Notes under the pieces: model-generated
The model's input: only the letters and a program-made list of their open reading frames with translations
Databases searched by the model: none
Told to the model about the DNA's origin: nothing
Part shown: one piece after another, positions 56,024-64,000 of the stretch
Position numbering within the stretch: the first letter of the stretch is position 1
How the letters are laid out: each line of letters starts with the position of its first letter
From: Candidatus Latescibacterota bacterium
GTDB taxonomy: Bacteria > Latescibacterota > UBA2968 > SICM01
Length of the DNA: 64,000 nt
Reading direction: 5' to 3'
Assembly: GCA_965217865.1 (NCBI GenBank)
Contig: CBDCJO010000002.1
Location: forward strand, 672,001-736,000
Made by a program: the position numbers and the translations under genes

Positions 56024-57823
56024 ATGGAACCAAAATTCATCCGAAATTTCTCTATAATCGCCCACATCGACCACGGCAAATCCACCCTGGCCGACCGGAT
56101 CCTGGAGCAGACCGCCACGCTGGGGCCTCAGGAGATGCAGGACCAGGTCCTGGACAACATGGACCTTGAGCGGGAGCGCGGCATCACCATTAAGTCTCAC
56201 GCAGTCCGAATGGAATATCGAACTGCGGAGGATCAGGTTTACGTCCTCAACCTGATAGACACGCCAGGCCACGTCGATTTCTCGTATGAAGTCTCACGAA
56301 GCCTTGCGGCCTGCGAAGGGGCGCTACTCCTTGTGGATGCCGCGCAGGGAGTGGAGGCACAGACCGTGAGCAACGCCCTTCTCGCCATGGAGCACGACCT
56401 GACGATCATCCCCATTATCAATAAGATCGACCTCCCGAGTGCCCAACTTGAGCGTGTATCCCGGCAGATCGTCGAACTCGTCGGAGCCTCGGAAAAGGAG
56501 ATCCTGAACATCAGCGCAAAGGAGGGAATCGGAACCCAGGAAGTCCTTCATGCGGTTGTTGAACGGGTGCCCCCGCCGGGGGGGAAGCCCAGCGACCCGC
56601 TTCGAGCCCTCATCTTCGACTCCACGTTCGACCGCTACCGGGGGGCCGTGGTCTACGTCCGCCTTTTCGACGGGGTTCTGGAGGAAGGAAAGACCATCAG
56701 GCTGTTTGCGGGAGGAGAGGATTACGAGGCGGAAGAGGTGGGTATCCTCTGCTTGGGACGTGTCCGGAAAGGCGGCCTTTCGGCCGGGGAGGTAGGCTAC
56801 CTTATCAGCGGGATAAAGGACTTGTCCATGGCCCAGGTCGGAGACACCGTGATGGAAGCCGACAAAATTACGGACCCGCTTCCCGGCTACAAGCGCGTCA
56901 AATCGATGGTGTTCAGCGGCATCTATCCGATCAATGCCGACGATTATTCGGGGCTGCGCGACGCCCTCGACCGCTTGAAGCTGAACGACGCCTCCATAAA
57001 CTTTGTGCCGGAGACGTCTACAGCCCTGGGCTTCGGGTTCAGATGTGGCTTTTTGGGGCTCCTTCACATGGAGATCGTGCAGGAGCGTCTGGAACGCGAG
57101 TACGACATGGAGATCATCAACACCGTCCCCAACGTGGAATACGAAGTCTTGATGACCGATGGTGAAGTGTTGGTGGTCGATAACCCCACCAAATTGCCGA
57201 ACCAGGCGAATATCGAAGAGATCGCCGAACCCTACCTGACCGCGAAAATCCTGGTACCTTCCGAATATGTCGGAAATATCATGCGGCTTTGCACCGATCG
57301 TCGCGGGGTCTACATCAACGCGGATTACCTCGATCCAACCCGCGCTGTCCTCCATTATGAACTTCCGCTCTCAGAGATCGTCATCGATTTCTACGACCGG
57401 TTAAAGTCGGTCACAAGAGGCTACGCTTCTCTCGATTATGATTATCTGGGGCACCGGCCATCGAAACTGGTAAAACTGGACATCATGATCAACGGGGATC
57501 CAATCGATGCCCTTTCCATAATCCTCCATCGGGACAAGGCCTACGACTGGGGCCGCACCCTCTGTCGTAAACTCAGAGACCTGATCCCAAGGCAACTTTT
57601 CGAGGTGATCATCCAGGCAGCGATCGGAAGCAAGATCATTTCGAGGGAGACCGTGCGCCCATTTCGCAAGAACGTTACGGCCAAGTGCTACGGGGGTGAC
57701 GTCACACGAAAACGCAAACTCCTGGAAAGACAGAAAGAGGGGAAAAAGCGGATGAAACAGGTGGGCAATGTCGAGATCCCTCAGGAGGCCTTCCTGGCCA
57801 TCCTGGCCATGGATGAAACATAA
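56024..57823 (+). CDS. lepA: Elongation factor 4
   Basis: [51 protein letters not shown] and [24 protein letters not shown]. Confidence 0.99.
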   Translation: MEPKFIRNFSIIAHIDHGKSTLADRILEQTATLGPQEMQDQVLDNMDLERERGITIKSHAVRMEYRTAEDQVYVLNLIDTPGHVDFSYEVSRSLAACEGALLLVDAAQGVEAQTVSNALLAMEHDLTIIPIINKIDLPSAQLERVSRQIVELVGASEKEILNISAKEGIGTQEVLHAVVERVPPPGGKPSDPLRALIFDSTFDRYRGAVVYVRLFDGVLEEGKTIRLFAGGEDYEAEEVGILCLGRVRKGGLSAGEVGYLISGIKDLSMAQVGDTVMEADKITDPLPGYKRVKSMVFSGIYPINADDYSGLRDALDRLKLNDASINFVPETSTALGFGFRCGFLGLLHMEIVQERLEREYDMEIINTVPNVEYEVLMTDGEVLVVDNPTKLPNQANIEEIAEPYLTAKILVPSEYVGNIMRLCTDRRGVYINADYLDPTRAVLHYELPLSEIVIDFYDRLKSVTRGYASLDYDYLGHRPSKLVKLDIMINGDPIDALSIILHRDKAYDWGRTLCRKLRDLIPRQLFEVIIQAAIGSKIISRETVRPFRKNVTAKCYGGDVTRKRKLLERQKEGKKRMKQVGNVEIPQEAFLAILAMDET

Positions 57824-57849
57824 GAACCGTGATTCGTCGTTCGTGATTC

Positions 57850-58140
57850 GCGCGAGGGGCTGTGCCTCTCGCGGTGAAATCGTCCACATCCCTTCGACGG
57901 GCGACCACATCGGGTCGCCCCTACAAAAGCGCTCGAATGGTGATATCGTAACGAATCACACTGTTCCCCCTTCCCGTTTTGGAAAGGGGGCTAGGGCTTA
58001 GGTCAGACACACGATCGAATTCTGTATATTCGTCAAACAATCCTGGATTGGATTGCCTTTGTAGGGGCACGGCATGCCGTGCCCCTACAAATATTTTTGC
58101 CGCTCTCCCGACCCGCAGGAGCCGTGCCTCACCCCGACAA
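57850..58140. repeat. Cluster of REP-like palindromes (GTAG family) between convergent genes
   Basis: gggcgaccacatcgggtcgcccctaca; tgtaggggcacggcatgccgtgcccctaca; ccccttcccgttttggaaagggg; cgcgaggggctgtgcctctcgcg. Confidence 0.8.
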
Positions 58141-58154
58141 TTTTTTAACGGACA

Positions 58155-59438
58155 CTATTTCTTTAAGAATACGCGCCCTGCATGACCCGGCACAGGCAAT
58201 CGAACGACTCCGTTTTCCACGGCGTACTTCTTTCCGTCCAGGAAGTCCCTCACGGCACAGTTTCGAAATGATTTCGGACAGGAGGCCTTGACCGTCGCCG
58301 GGCGGGCCCTCCCGTTTATGGCAATGATACCCCCCTCGAACGTGGCGTAATCGATCGACCCGGCGCTCTTCAAATCGGTCAACCGGCGGCCCAGGTCCAA
58401 CCGCCGGACGGCCGCACACTTGGATCCTTTGCCTGTGCCGTAGTCGGACCACAGATAGCCGCACAGGCGGGCGGCTGCGTAAGCGAAAAGGGCATCCTCA
58501 ACGACAGATCCTTCGGTACGCCCCAGGTAACTCAGGGCAAAGATCCTCCCCCCGTTCCGATGGAGAGCTTCCCATCTCTTCGATCCGCGTTTGACTTCAG
58601 GCCAGTCGTGTCTCCTGCCCGGCCAAGCCCAGGAAAAGATGAAGGATTCGAGCATCCCGGCGTCGGCATGCTCGGAAAAAGTGGCGCCGTTGACCACCAC
58701 CACCTTGTCCGGTCCGTAAGATCTGACCGTTCGCCGGACCTTCTCCAGCAATTTCAAAAAAGCGTAATCGTGGTCCTGGTCCGGATAGATATGCTTGTGC
58801 CGCGGGAGTTCCAGAATCGACGGGTCCAGGATGGCCGTCGACTTTTTACCCCCCCCGTGATGAGGATTGATTTCATCGGCCTCACTCTGGCGGACCCGAC
58901 CCTCTAATCCGGGCACGGAAGTGCAGACCATCCGGTACTTTTTCGAATAGCCCACGCGCACCCCGTCCCCGAAGCAAGGCATTCGATGATCGGCGTTGTC
59001 CACGAAGATGCCATCCGCGCCTTGTTGCATCTGTCGGTGAACCATCGCCAGGGCCATATCCACGTATTCCTTCGTGTTGTTGCACGCGAGGTACCGCCAC
59101 ATCCGCCAGGTATCGTCCATCGGCGTGTTGACAAATCGGTTGTCCTTGTCGAGCAGAAGGATCTGAGGGCGTTTGGGGTCCCAATCGACCCGCCCCGTCC
59201 AATATTCATATCCTGTTCTGTGCACAAAGGTGTCGTAGAATGAAAGGTAAGACAGTCCGCGCGATCCCACGGAATGGAGCTGTTTTAACGCTTTTCCCAA
59301 CTGGACGTTGATCAACAGCGGGATCCCTTCGTACTTCTTTCGGGCGGCGCCTTTTACGGCAGACCATGCGTATGCCCCGTGTTCGGACCACGATGAAAAC
59401 GTTGCCGTAGTTTTTAGCCAGGCGGGTGTGTTTTTCAT
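58155..59438 (-). CDS. Hypothetical protein, putative glycoside hydrolase-like TIM barrel
   Basis: 427-aa ORF with RBS. GADGIFVDN, VVVVNG and MLESF plus a C-terminal beta-domain resemble GH-like folds. Confidence 0.6.
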   Translation of the reverse strand: MKNTPAWLKTTATFSSWSEHGAYAWSAVKGAARKKYEGIPLLINVQLGKALKQLHSVGSRGLSYLSFYDTFVHRTGYEYWTGRVDWDPKRPQILLLDKDNRFVNTPMDDTWRMWRYLACNNTKEYVDMALAMVHRQMQQGADGIFVDNADHRMPCFGDGVRVGYSKKYRMVCTSVPGLEGRVRQSEADEINPHHGGGKKSTAILDPSILELPRHKHIYPDQDHDYAFLKLLEKVRRTVRSYGPDKVVVVNGATFSEHADAGMLESFIFSWAWPGRRHDWPEVKRGSKRWEALHRNGGRIFALSYLGRTEGSVVEDALFAYAAARLCGYLWSDYGTGKGSKCAAVRRLDLGRRLTDLKSAGSIDYATFEGGIIAINGRARPATVKASCPKSFRNCAVRDFLDGKKYAVENGVVRLPVPGHAGRVFLKK

Positions 59439-59517
59439 CTTCTCTCCCCGACCCGTTGCGGGCCGTCTCGGGTTAACGATAACTCAGGGAATTACGACGA
59501 ATTTTCCGGGTGATCGA

Positions 59518-60567
59518 TCAAACCGGGAGTCGAAGCCGTTCCCACTTTTTCTGAAATCCAGCCCTTTCGAAAATTTCGGAGTTCACTGCCCCGTCCGGTC
59601 TTTTTCCAGAACAGAGATCGACCATCGCCTGGCTTGCCATCCGTCCTGCATCCCGGAACAGTTCGTGAGTCCAGCCTATGCAATGAGGGGCAAGCAGCAC
59701 GTTCTCAAGCTCTCCGAAGCGATGGGGACTGGTAATCGGCTCCCCGACCAGGCAATCCAGGGCGGCCCCCGCGATCCGTTTGTTCTTCAGGGCGGCGAAA
59801 AGCGCGTCTTCATCCACGATTCCGCCCCTTGCCGTATTGATCAGATAGGCATCCGGTTTCATGAGGGAGATCTCGGAGGGGCCGATGAGATTTGTCGTTT
59901 TTTCATTAAGCGGACAATGGATGGACACGAAATCGGCTGAGGACATCAACTCGTGAAGCTCGACGGACTTCACACCGAGCTGTCGGCCTTTGTCCTCGTC
60001 GAAAAACGGATCATAGGCGATTGGGGTGTCCATCCCGAATCCATGGAGAAGCTCGATCGTGGTCCCGCCGATGCCCCCAAAACCAACCACCCCCAACGTT
60101 CGGTCCCGTAATTCGCAACCCATGTAATCGGATCGAATGTCCCATTGGCCTGCTCGAACCAGCGCGTCCTTTGTGCGCACGTGATGCGTGAGCGCCAGCA
60201 TCCATCCGATGGTCGCTTCCGCCATCGGTCGGTCCACGGCGCCGGAGGTGATCGTCAACAGCACATCGGCCTCGGTACAGGCCTTCACCTCGACCTGGTC
60301 ATAGCCCACACCCATCCGCCCAATGGCCAGCAGATCGTCGCTCTTTGACAGGGAGGCGGTGGTGACCTTCATGCCCCCGATGATCAGGGCGTTGAACGAT
60401 CCAACCTGGTCCGGCCCGAGTTCAGGCCGATTTTCGGCCAGCCGGCCGGTAGAGATTTGGGGGTGTTCCTCCAGCACCTCCAATCCCATCTCTGGAAAAA
60501 TGGATTTCCCATCGGGCTTCAGGATATCGGCCGAATAGGCCACCTTGAAAGGTGGTCGTCCGTTCAT
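59518..60567 (-). CDS. D-isomer-specific 2-hydroxyacid dehydrogenase (SerA-like)
   Basis: R.GVGYD, GVVGFGGIG, DFVSIHCPL, LINTARGGIVDE, AALD and LAPH. Confidence 0.93.
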   Translation of the reverse strand: MNGRPPFKVAYSADILKPDGKSIFPEMGLEVLEEHPQISTGRLAENRPELGPDQVGSFNALIIGGMKVTTASLSKSDDLLAIGRMGVGYDQVEVKACTEADVLLTITSGAVDRPMAEATIGWMLALTHHVRTKDALVRAGQWDIRSDYMGCELRDRTLGVVGFGGIGGTTIELLHGFGMDTPIAYDPFFDEDKGRQLGVKSVELHELMSSADFVSIHCPLNEKTTNLIGPSEISLMKPDAYLINTARGGIVDEDALFAALKNKRIAGAALDCLVGEPITSPHRFGELENVLLAPHCIGWTHELFRDAGRMASQAMVDLCSGKRPDGAVNSEIFERAGFQKKWERLRLPV

Positions 60568-60700
60568 TCATTCCCTTGAAGAGAGAAACTATCGAATATG
60601 GTGTTGGGAATACCGGGTACGGGGAATGCGATAGGAATTCAATCGGGGAACTTGCCTTGCTTCATCCCACCCCTCAAGTCAGAGAATATGCCGATGGGGA

Positions 60701-61627
60701 TCACGCCTCTCCCACGATCTGTTCAACGATGTTCAGACCGACCCGCTCGCTCCATCTATCGATCAGTCTCCGGAACAACGGTCCCATCGGCACCCCGTCT
60801 CCGATCTCGATGCCGTTGATCTTCGTGACAGGGGCCATGCAGTAGGGCGTTGTGGGAAGAAAGGCCTCATCCGCGTTGATCACATCGTGTACCTGAATAT
60901 CCCGCTCAAGGAACGGAATGTCCATCTCACCGCACAGCTCACGGATGGTCTGCAGGCTTATTCCGGGAAGGATATTCCGCGGCGGCGGGGAGATCACGGT
61001 TCCATCCTTCGCGATCAGGAAGTTCGATCCTGATGTCTCGGCCACGTTCCCGTCAAGATCCAGGACAAGCGGTATCGCACGGGGATCGACCAGTTCCGAC
61101 TCCTTCGAGGCCAGCCACCAGTGCATGCGGCTCCGGCATTTCATCTTCGGATCCGTGCATTGGGGTGGAATGTGCCGGATCGACGGGGTCACCACGTGTA
61201 CCCCCTCGGTGAAGTAGGCGCGCCAGAGCTCGAACGGCAACCGAAAGGTATGCATGCAAAACGTGGGAGTATCCTTCTTCAACCCCCCGGCCCCGCCCGC
61301 ATAAGTGGTGAACAATCCCGGGGTGATGAAATAGACGAGCGCCAGCTCCTCCGCCTCTCCGATCAGTCCTCCGTTATGCTCGATCAGACGTCGGGAGATC
61401 TTCATCGTCTCTTCCACCGATATGACCGGAAGGATCCGGGCATACTTGCACGACCGGTAGAACCTGGCGGCGTGATCCTCCAGTCGATAGGGCTGCTTCC
61501 TAAAGGTCCGTATCAGGTCCGTCACCGTAGCCCCCATGACGATCCCCGCATCGAAAATCTCTAGATGCGCCTCCGAGGCCGGAAGGAGTTCGCCGCTCAG
61601 GTAGACCAGGGGTTCATTGGAGCCCAT
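60701..61627 (-). CDS. Aminotransferase class IV (BCAT/D-AAT/PabC-like)
   Basis: H..RF.RS, catalytic K in PKMKCRSR, ETSGSNF, ILPGIS and ADEAFL.TT. Confidence 0.92.
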   Translation of the reverse strand: MGSNEPLVYLSGELLPASEAHLEIFDAGIVMGATVTDLIRTFRKQPYRLEDHAARFYRSCKYARILPVISVEETMKISRRLIEHNGGLIGEAEELALVYFITPGLFTTYAGGAGGLKKDTPTFCMHTFRLPFELWRAYFTEGVHVVTPSIRHIPPQCTDPKMKCRSRMHWWLASKESELVDPRAIPLVLDLDGNVAETSGSNFLIAKDGTVISPPPRNILPGISLQTIRELCGEMDIPFLERDIQVHDVINADEAFLPTTPYCMAPVTKINGIEIGDGVPMGPLFRRLIDRWSERVGLNIVEQIVGEA

Positions 61628-61844
61628 TGTTAACTCCTGACGCTAAACGTGAAAGGTGACGCTTATCCCGTATCTCGTAAGAGCCCATTATTATCTCTTT
61701 TGGCTTCTCCGCTTTACGTTTCTCGAGATACGCTTCATGATCTTTAGGTTTCAGGCTCTCCGCGGGATATAGTGGGACCTGTCTTCGCGATTGACACCCG
61801 GACCTTCGATCTAATCGAGAAGCCGAGACTAAAGTCAGGGCCTT

Positions 61845-62030
61845 CTTTCAGCGCCAACGGCGCGTTGTCCCTCAACCCAGGGCATCGCCCTGGGTCATGC
61901 GAAGCAATAGCGTCGTGCGGCCTGAAAGGTCGCGATAACTTCACATCGCCCAATCCCTTTCCCGCATCTTGATTCATCTCGTGTTCAGCACAAAAGATCG
62001 TAACCGCGCCCCACGTCCGGATCGCGGACC
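61845..62030 (+). mobile_element. REP-like palindrome plus remnant N-terminus of an IS200/RAYT-type Y1 transposase
   Basis: acccagggcatcgccctgggt palindrome, then QSLSRILIHLVFSTKDR at ~61951-62001. Confidence 0.75.
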
Positions 62031-62079
62031 GTTGGCCCGCTGATCCTCCGCTTCTCCGCTTCACGTTTCACGATCTTTT

Positions 62080-64000
62080 TTAAAATATCAACGGTGAAAC
62101 GGATTTGTGAATCAGCGCGATGCCGATAGAGATCATGGCCATCAGCGCCATGCCTGATGAGAACCCGACGGAAAGCACCACGGCGTACAACCGCCATTGC
62201 TTCTTGCCATACTTGTTCCAGAAATAGAACCGCGCCAAAAGCGCTCCGATGATCGACGGGAGGACGAAGTGGGGCATCGTCGTCAGGCTCTGAGCGTAAC
62301 CGAACACAAGAAGCGTCGGAAGGCCGAAGATTCCGGAAATGATGAAAATCCCCAGCCCCACCGCCAGTCCCACCAGGCCAACGTCCCACTTGAGCGCCTC
62401 CAACAACAGGGGCTTATCATCCGAGGTCTGCCGCATCCGGCTCTGGAACGTCGGCTCCGTGTCCACCTCCACGAAAATCAGATCCTCGTCGATCCCCTCC
62501 GGAACGCTGATCGCCAGATTGGGAGTCGGCGTTCCAACGATCTCCCCCCGCGACGGCAAAATCAGGCCGGGGGCGACAAGGCCGGCAAGAGCCGTTCCCT
62601 CCGTCTCGGGAGGAGGAGACGCCCGATGCAGCTCGACCTCCTTCAGGAACCTCTCGGCTTCGGATGCGGGCGTCTCACCCTGAGGGCTTTCCCCGAACCG
62701 GGTTTCAAACATCCCCACCTCAGACCATTCGCCGCGATTCCCCGCCTCATCCTTCAGGCATGCCCGCCAGTACCACCGCTCTCCGTCGGGCAGGTTGGCA
62801 GGCCGCCACGAGGCTTTCTCTCCCTCTACCTCCGTCTCCCCCCGCAGGGTGGAGCTAAACCAGAGGCATTGCTGGTAGGCCTGCAGCCGCCACATCGTCT
62901 GCGCATAGGGATAGGTGGCGGATGGGATCGGCGCCATCTGCCAGAGATACTGCCAGTAGAGAAAGCTGGTCAGGAGGACGACCGGCACCATGAAGACCTC
63001 GGCCTTCAGGATACTCGTGAACTTCGTCCCCGTCAGTTCGATCTCCCGGAACTTCTGAGCCTGCCCCCCGTAGTTGTGGAGAGCGAACGGCACGAACCAG
63101 ACCTCCACGCCCCGGTACCCGCTCAGCAAAATGGCCCCCTCCTGGACGAAAGGGATCGACAGAGACTGTCCCACCATCCCGATCAACCGGGCGTTGACGA
63201 ACGACATGAAAGGCGTGAAGATGAACCCGAAGAAGACGAAGTAGAGGAAGGGAAACCCGGGGAGCATCCAACGGGCGATGCCGATCGTCGCGATCGTCAT
63301 CAGGGAGAACAGCCCGAGCAGGAGCGGAATCGAAAAATCCCCCCGCCCTTCCGGAAGGCTTGCCTTCATAACCCCCGTGCCCGAACCCTTCATCTCGCTC
63401 CGCCGTTTTTTCGTCCCCACATAGACCTGGTAAAAACCGACGAAAGCGATGGCGAAGGTGACGCCGATCGAGAAACTCATCCAGAAGTCCACGTTGTTGA
63501 TGAAGTAGGTCTCGATCGACCCCATCCCGAGCTGCCACCTGGGCAGGAGGCCGTTTGCGTGCAGGATCGGGCAGGCCGCGACGTAGGTGAGCGATCCTGC
63601 GACCGCCCCCACGATCCCCCAGAACGGCGCGAGCAGACCCGCGATGATGATCCCGAGGTGGAACGAGAGGCCCAGGGGCGTCGCCGGAAGCACGTAACCC
63701 GAATCGTGGGTGAAGTCCGCGAACGGAATCGGGAAGATCATCACCGGCTCGGCAAGCATCGCCCCGGTGATCGCCGGCACCCCCACATAGAGCGCCCCGA
63801 ACCCCGCCCCGATCATCACCCCCGTGCTGAACATCCGCCACCGCCAGGTCTCCTGGCCCGAGCTGCTGTCGGCGAGGGCGAGCGCCCCCTGCGCGTTGAT
63901 CGGGGCGAACGGAAACGGCAGCCGCTCGTGGTCGGAGGTAAGCCGGAACAGGGAATAGCCGATCGTAAACCAGGACACCCGGCCGATCACCATACCGGCG
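62080..64000 (-). CDS. OPT-like polytopic membrane protein (putative peptide transporter) with a soluble insert; 5' end outside the window
   Basis: Many TM helices, SD.ERLPFP.AP, P.GRGD, FR..ELT.T.F.S and PIPS..YP; hydrophilic insert at ~62430-62845. Confidence 0.7.
   Translation of the reverse strand, partial: AGMVIGRVSWFTIGYSLFRLTSDHERLPFPFAPINAQGALALADSSSGQETWRWRMFSTGVMIGAGFGALYVGVPAITGAMLAEPVMIFPIPFADFTHDSGYVLPATPLGLSFHLGIIIAGLLAPFWGIVGAVAGSLTYVAACPILHANGLLPRWQLGMGSIETYFINNVDFWMSFSIGVTFAIAFVGFYQVYVGTKKRRSEMKGSGTGVMKASLPEGRGDFSIPLLLGLFSLMTIATIGIARWMLPGFPFLYFVFFGFIFTPFMSFVNARLIGMVGQSLSIPFVQEGAILLSGYRGVEVWFVPFALHNYGGQAQKFREIELTGTKFTSILKAEVFMVPVVLLTSFLYWQYLWQMAPIPSATYPYAQTMWRLQAYQQCLWFSSTLRGETEVEGEKASWRPANLPDGERWYWRACLKDEAGNRGEWSEVGMFETRFGESPQGETPASEAERFLKEVELHRASPPPETEGTALAGLVAPGLILPSRGEIVGTPTPNLAISVPEGIDEDLIFVEVDTEPTFQSRMRQTSDDKPLLLEALKWDVGLVGLAVGLGIFIISGIFGLPTLLVFGYAQSLTTMPHFVLPSIIGALLARFYFWNKYGKKQWRLYAVVLSVGFSSGMALMAMISIGIALIHKSVSPLIF

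Overview
Bacterial genomic window, probably from a Latescibacterota (WS3)-like organism. This is inferred from the cohesin/dockerin-type surface proteins, a FlgD/T9SS-like C-terminal tail and a Minf_1886-family gene. Bases ~1-53.4 kb are a heavily rearranged accessory region containing IS1595, IS630, IS1182, IS5 and several IS3-family elements, many abruptly truncated gene fragments, single-base frameshifts, and debris of defence loci (DUF4238, type I R-M pieces, SNF2-DUF3883-DNA adenine methylase). Bases ~53.5-64 kb are intact core-like genes (guaA, lepA, a dehydrogenase, a class IV aminotransferase, an OPT-like membrane protein) with REP-like repeats. The most striking element is an intact gene at 7221-8471 (-) that fuses an ECF sigma factor to a phenylalanyl-tRNA-synthetase-like catalytic domain and has an ECF-type promoter directly upstream. 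It is a candidate GCN2-like amino-acid, adenylate or tRNA-sensing one-component sigma factor. I saw no rRNA, tRNA or CRISPR array. All family calls come from motif recognition by eye; no database searches were run.
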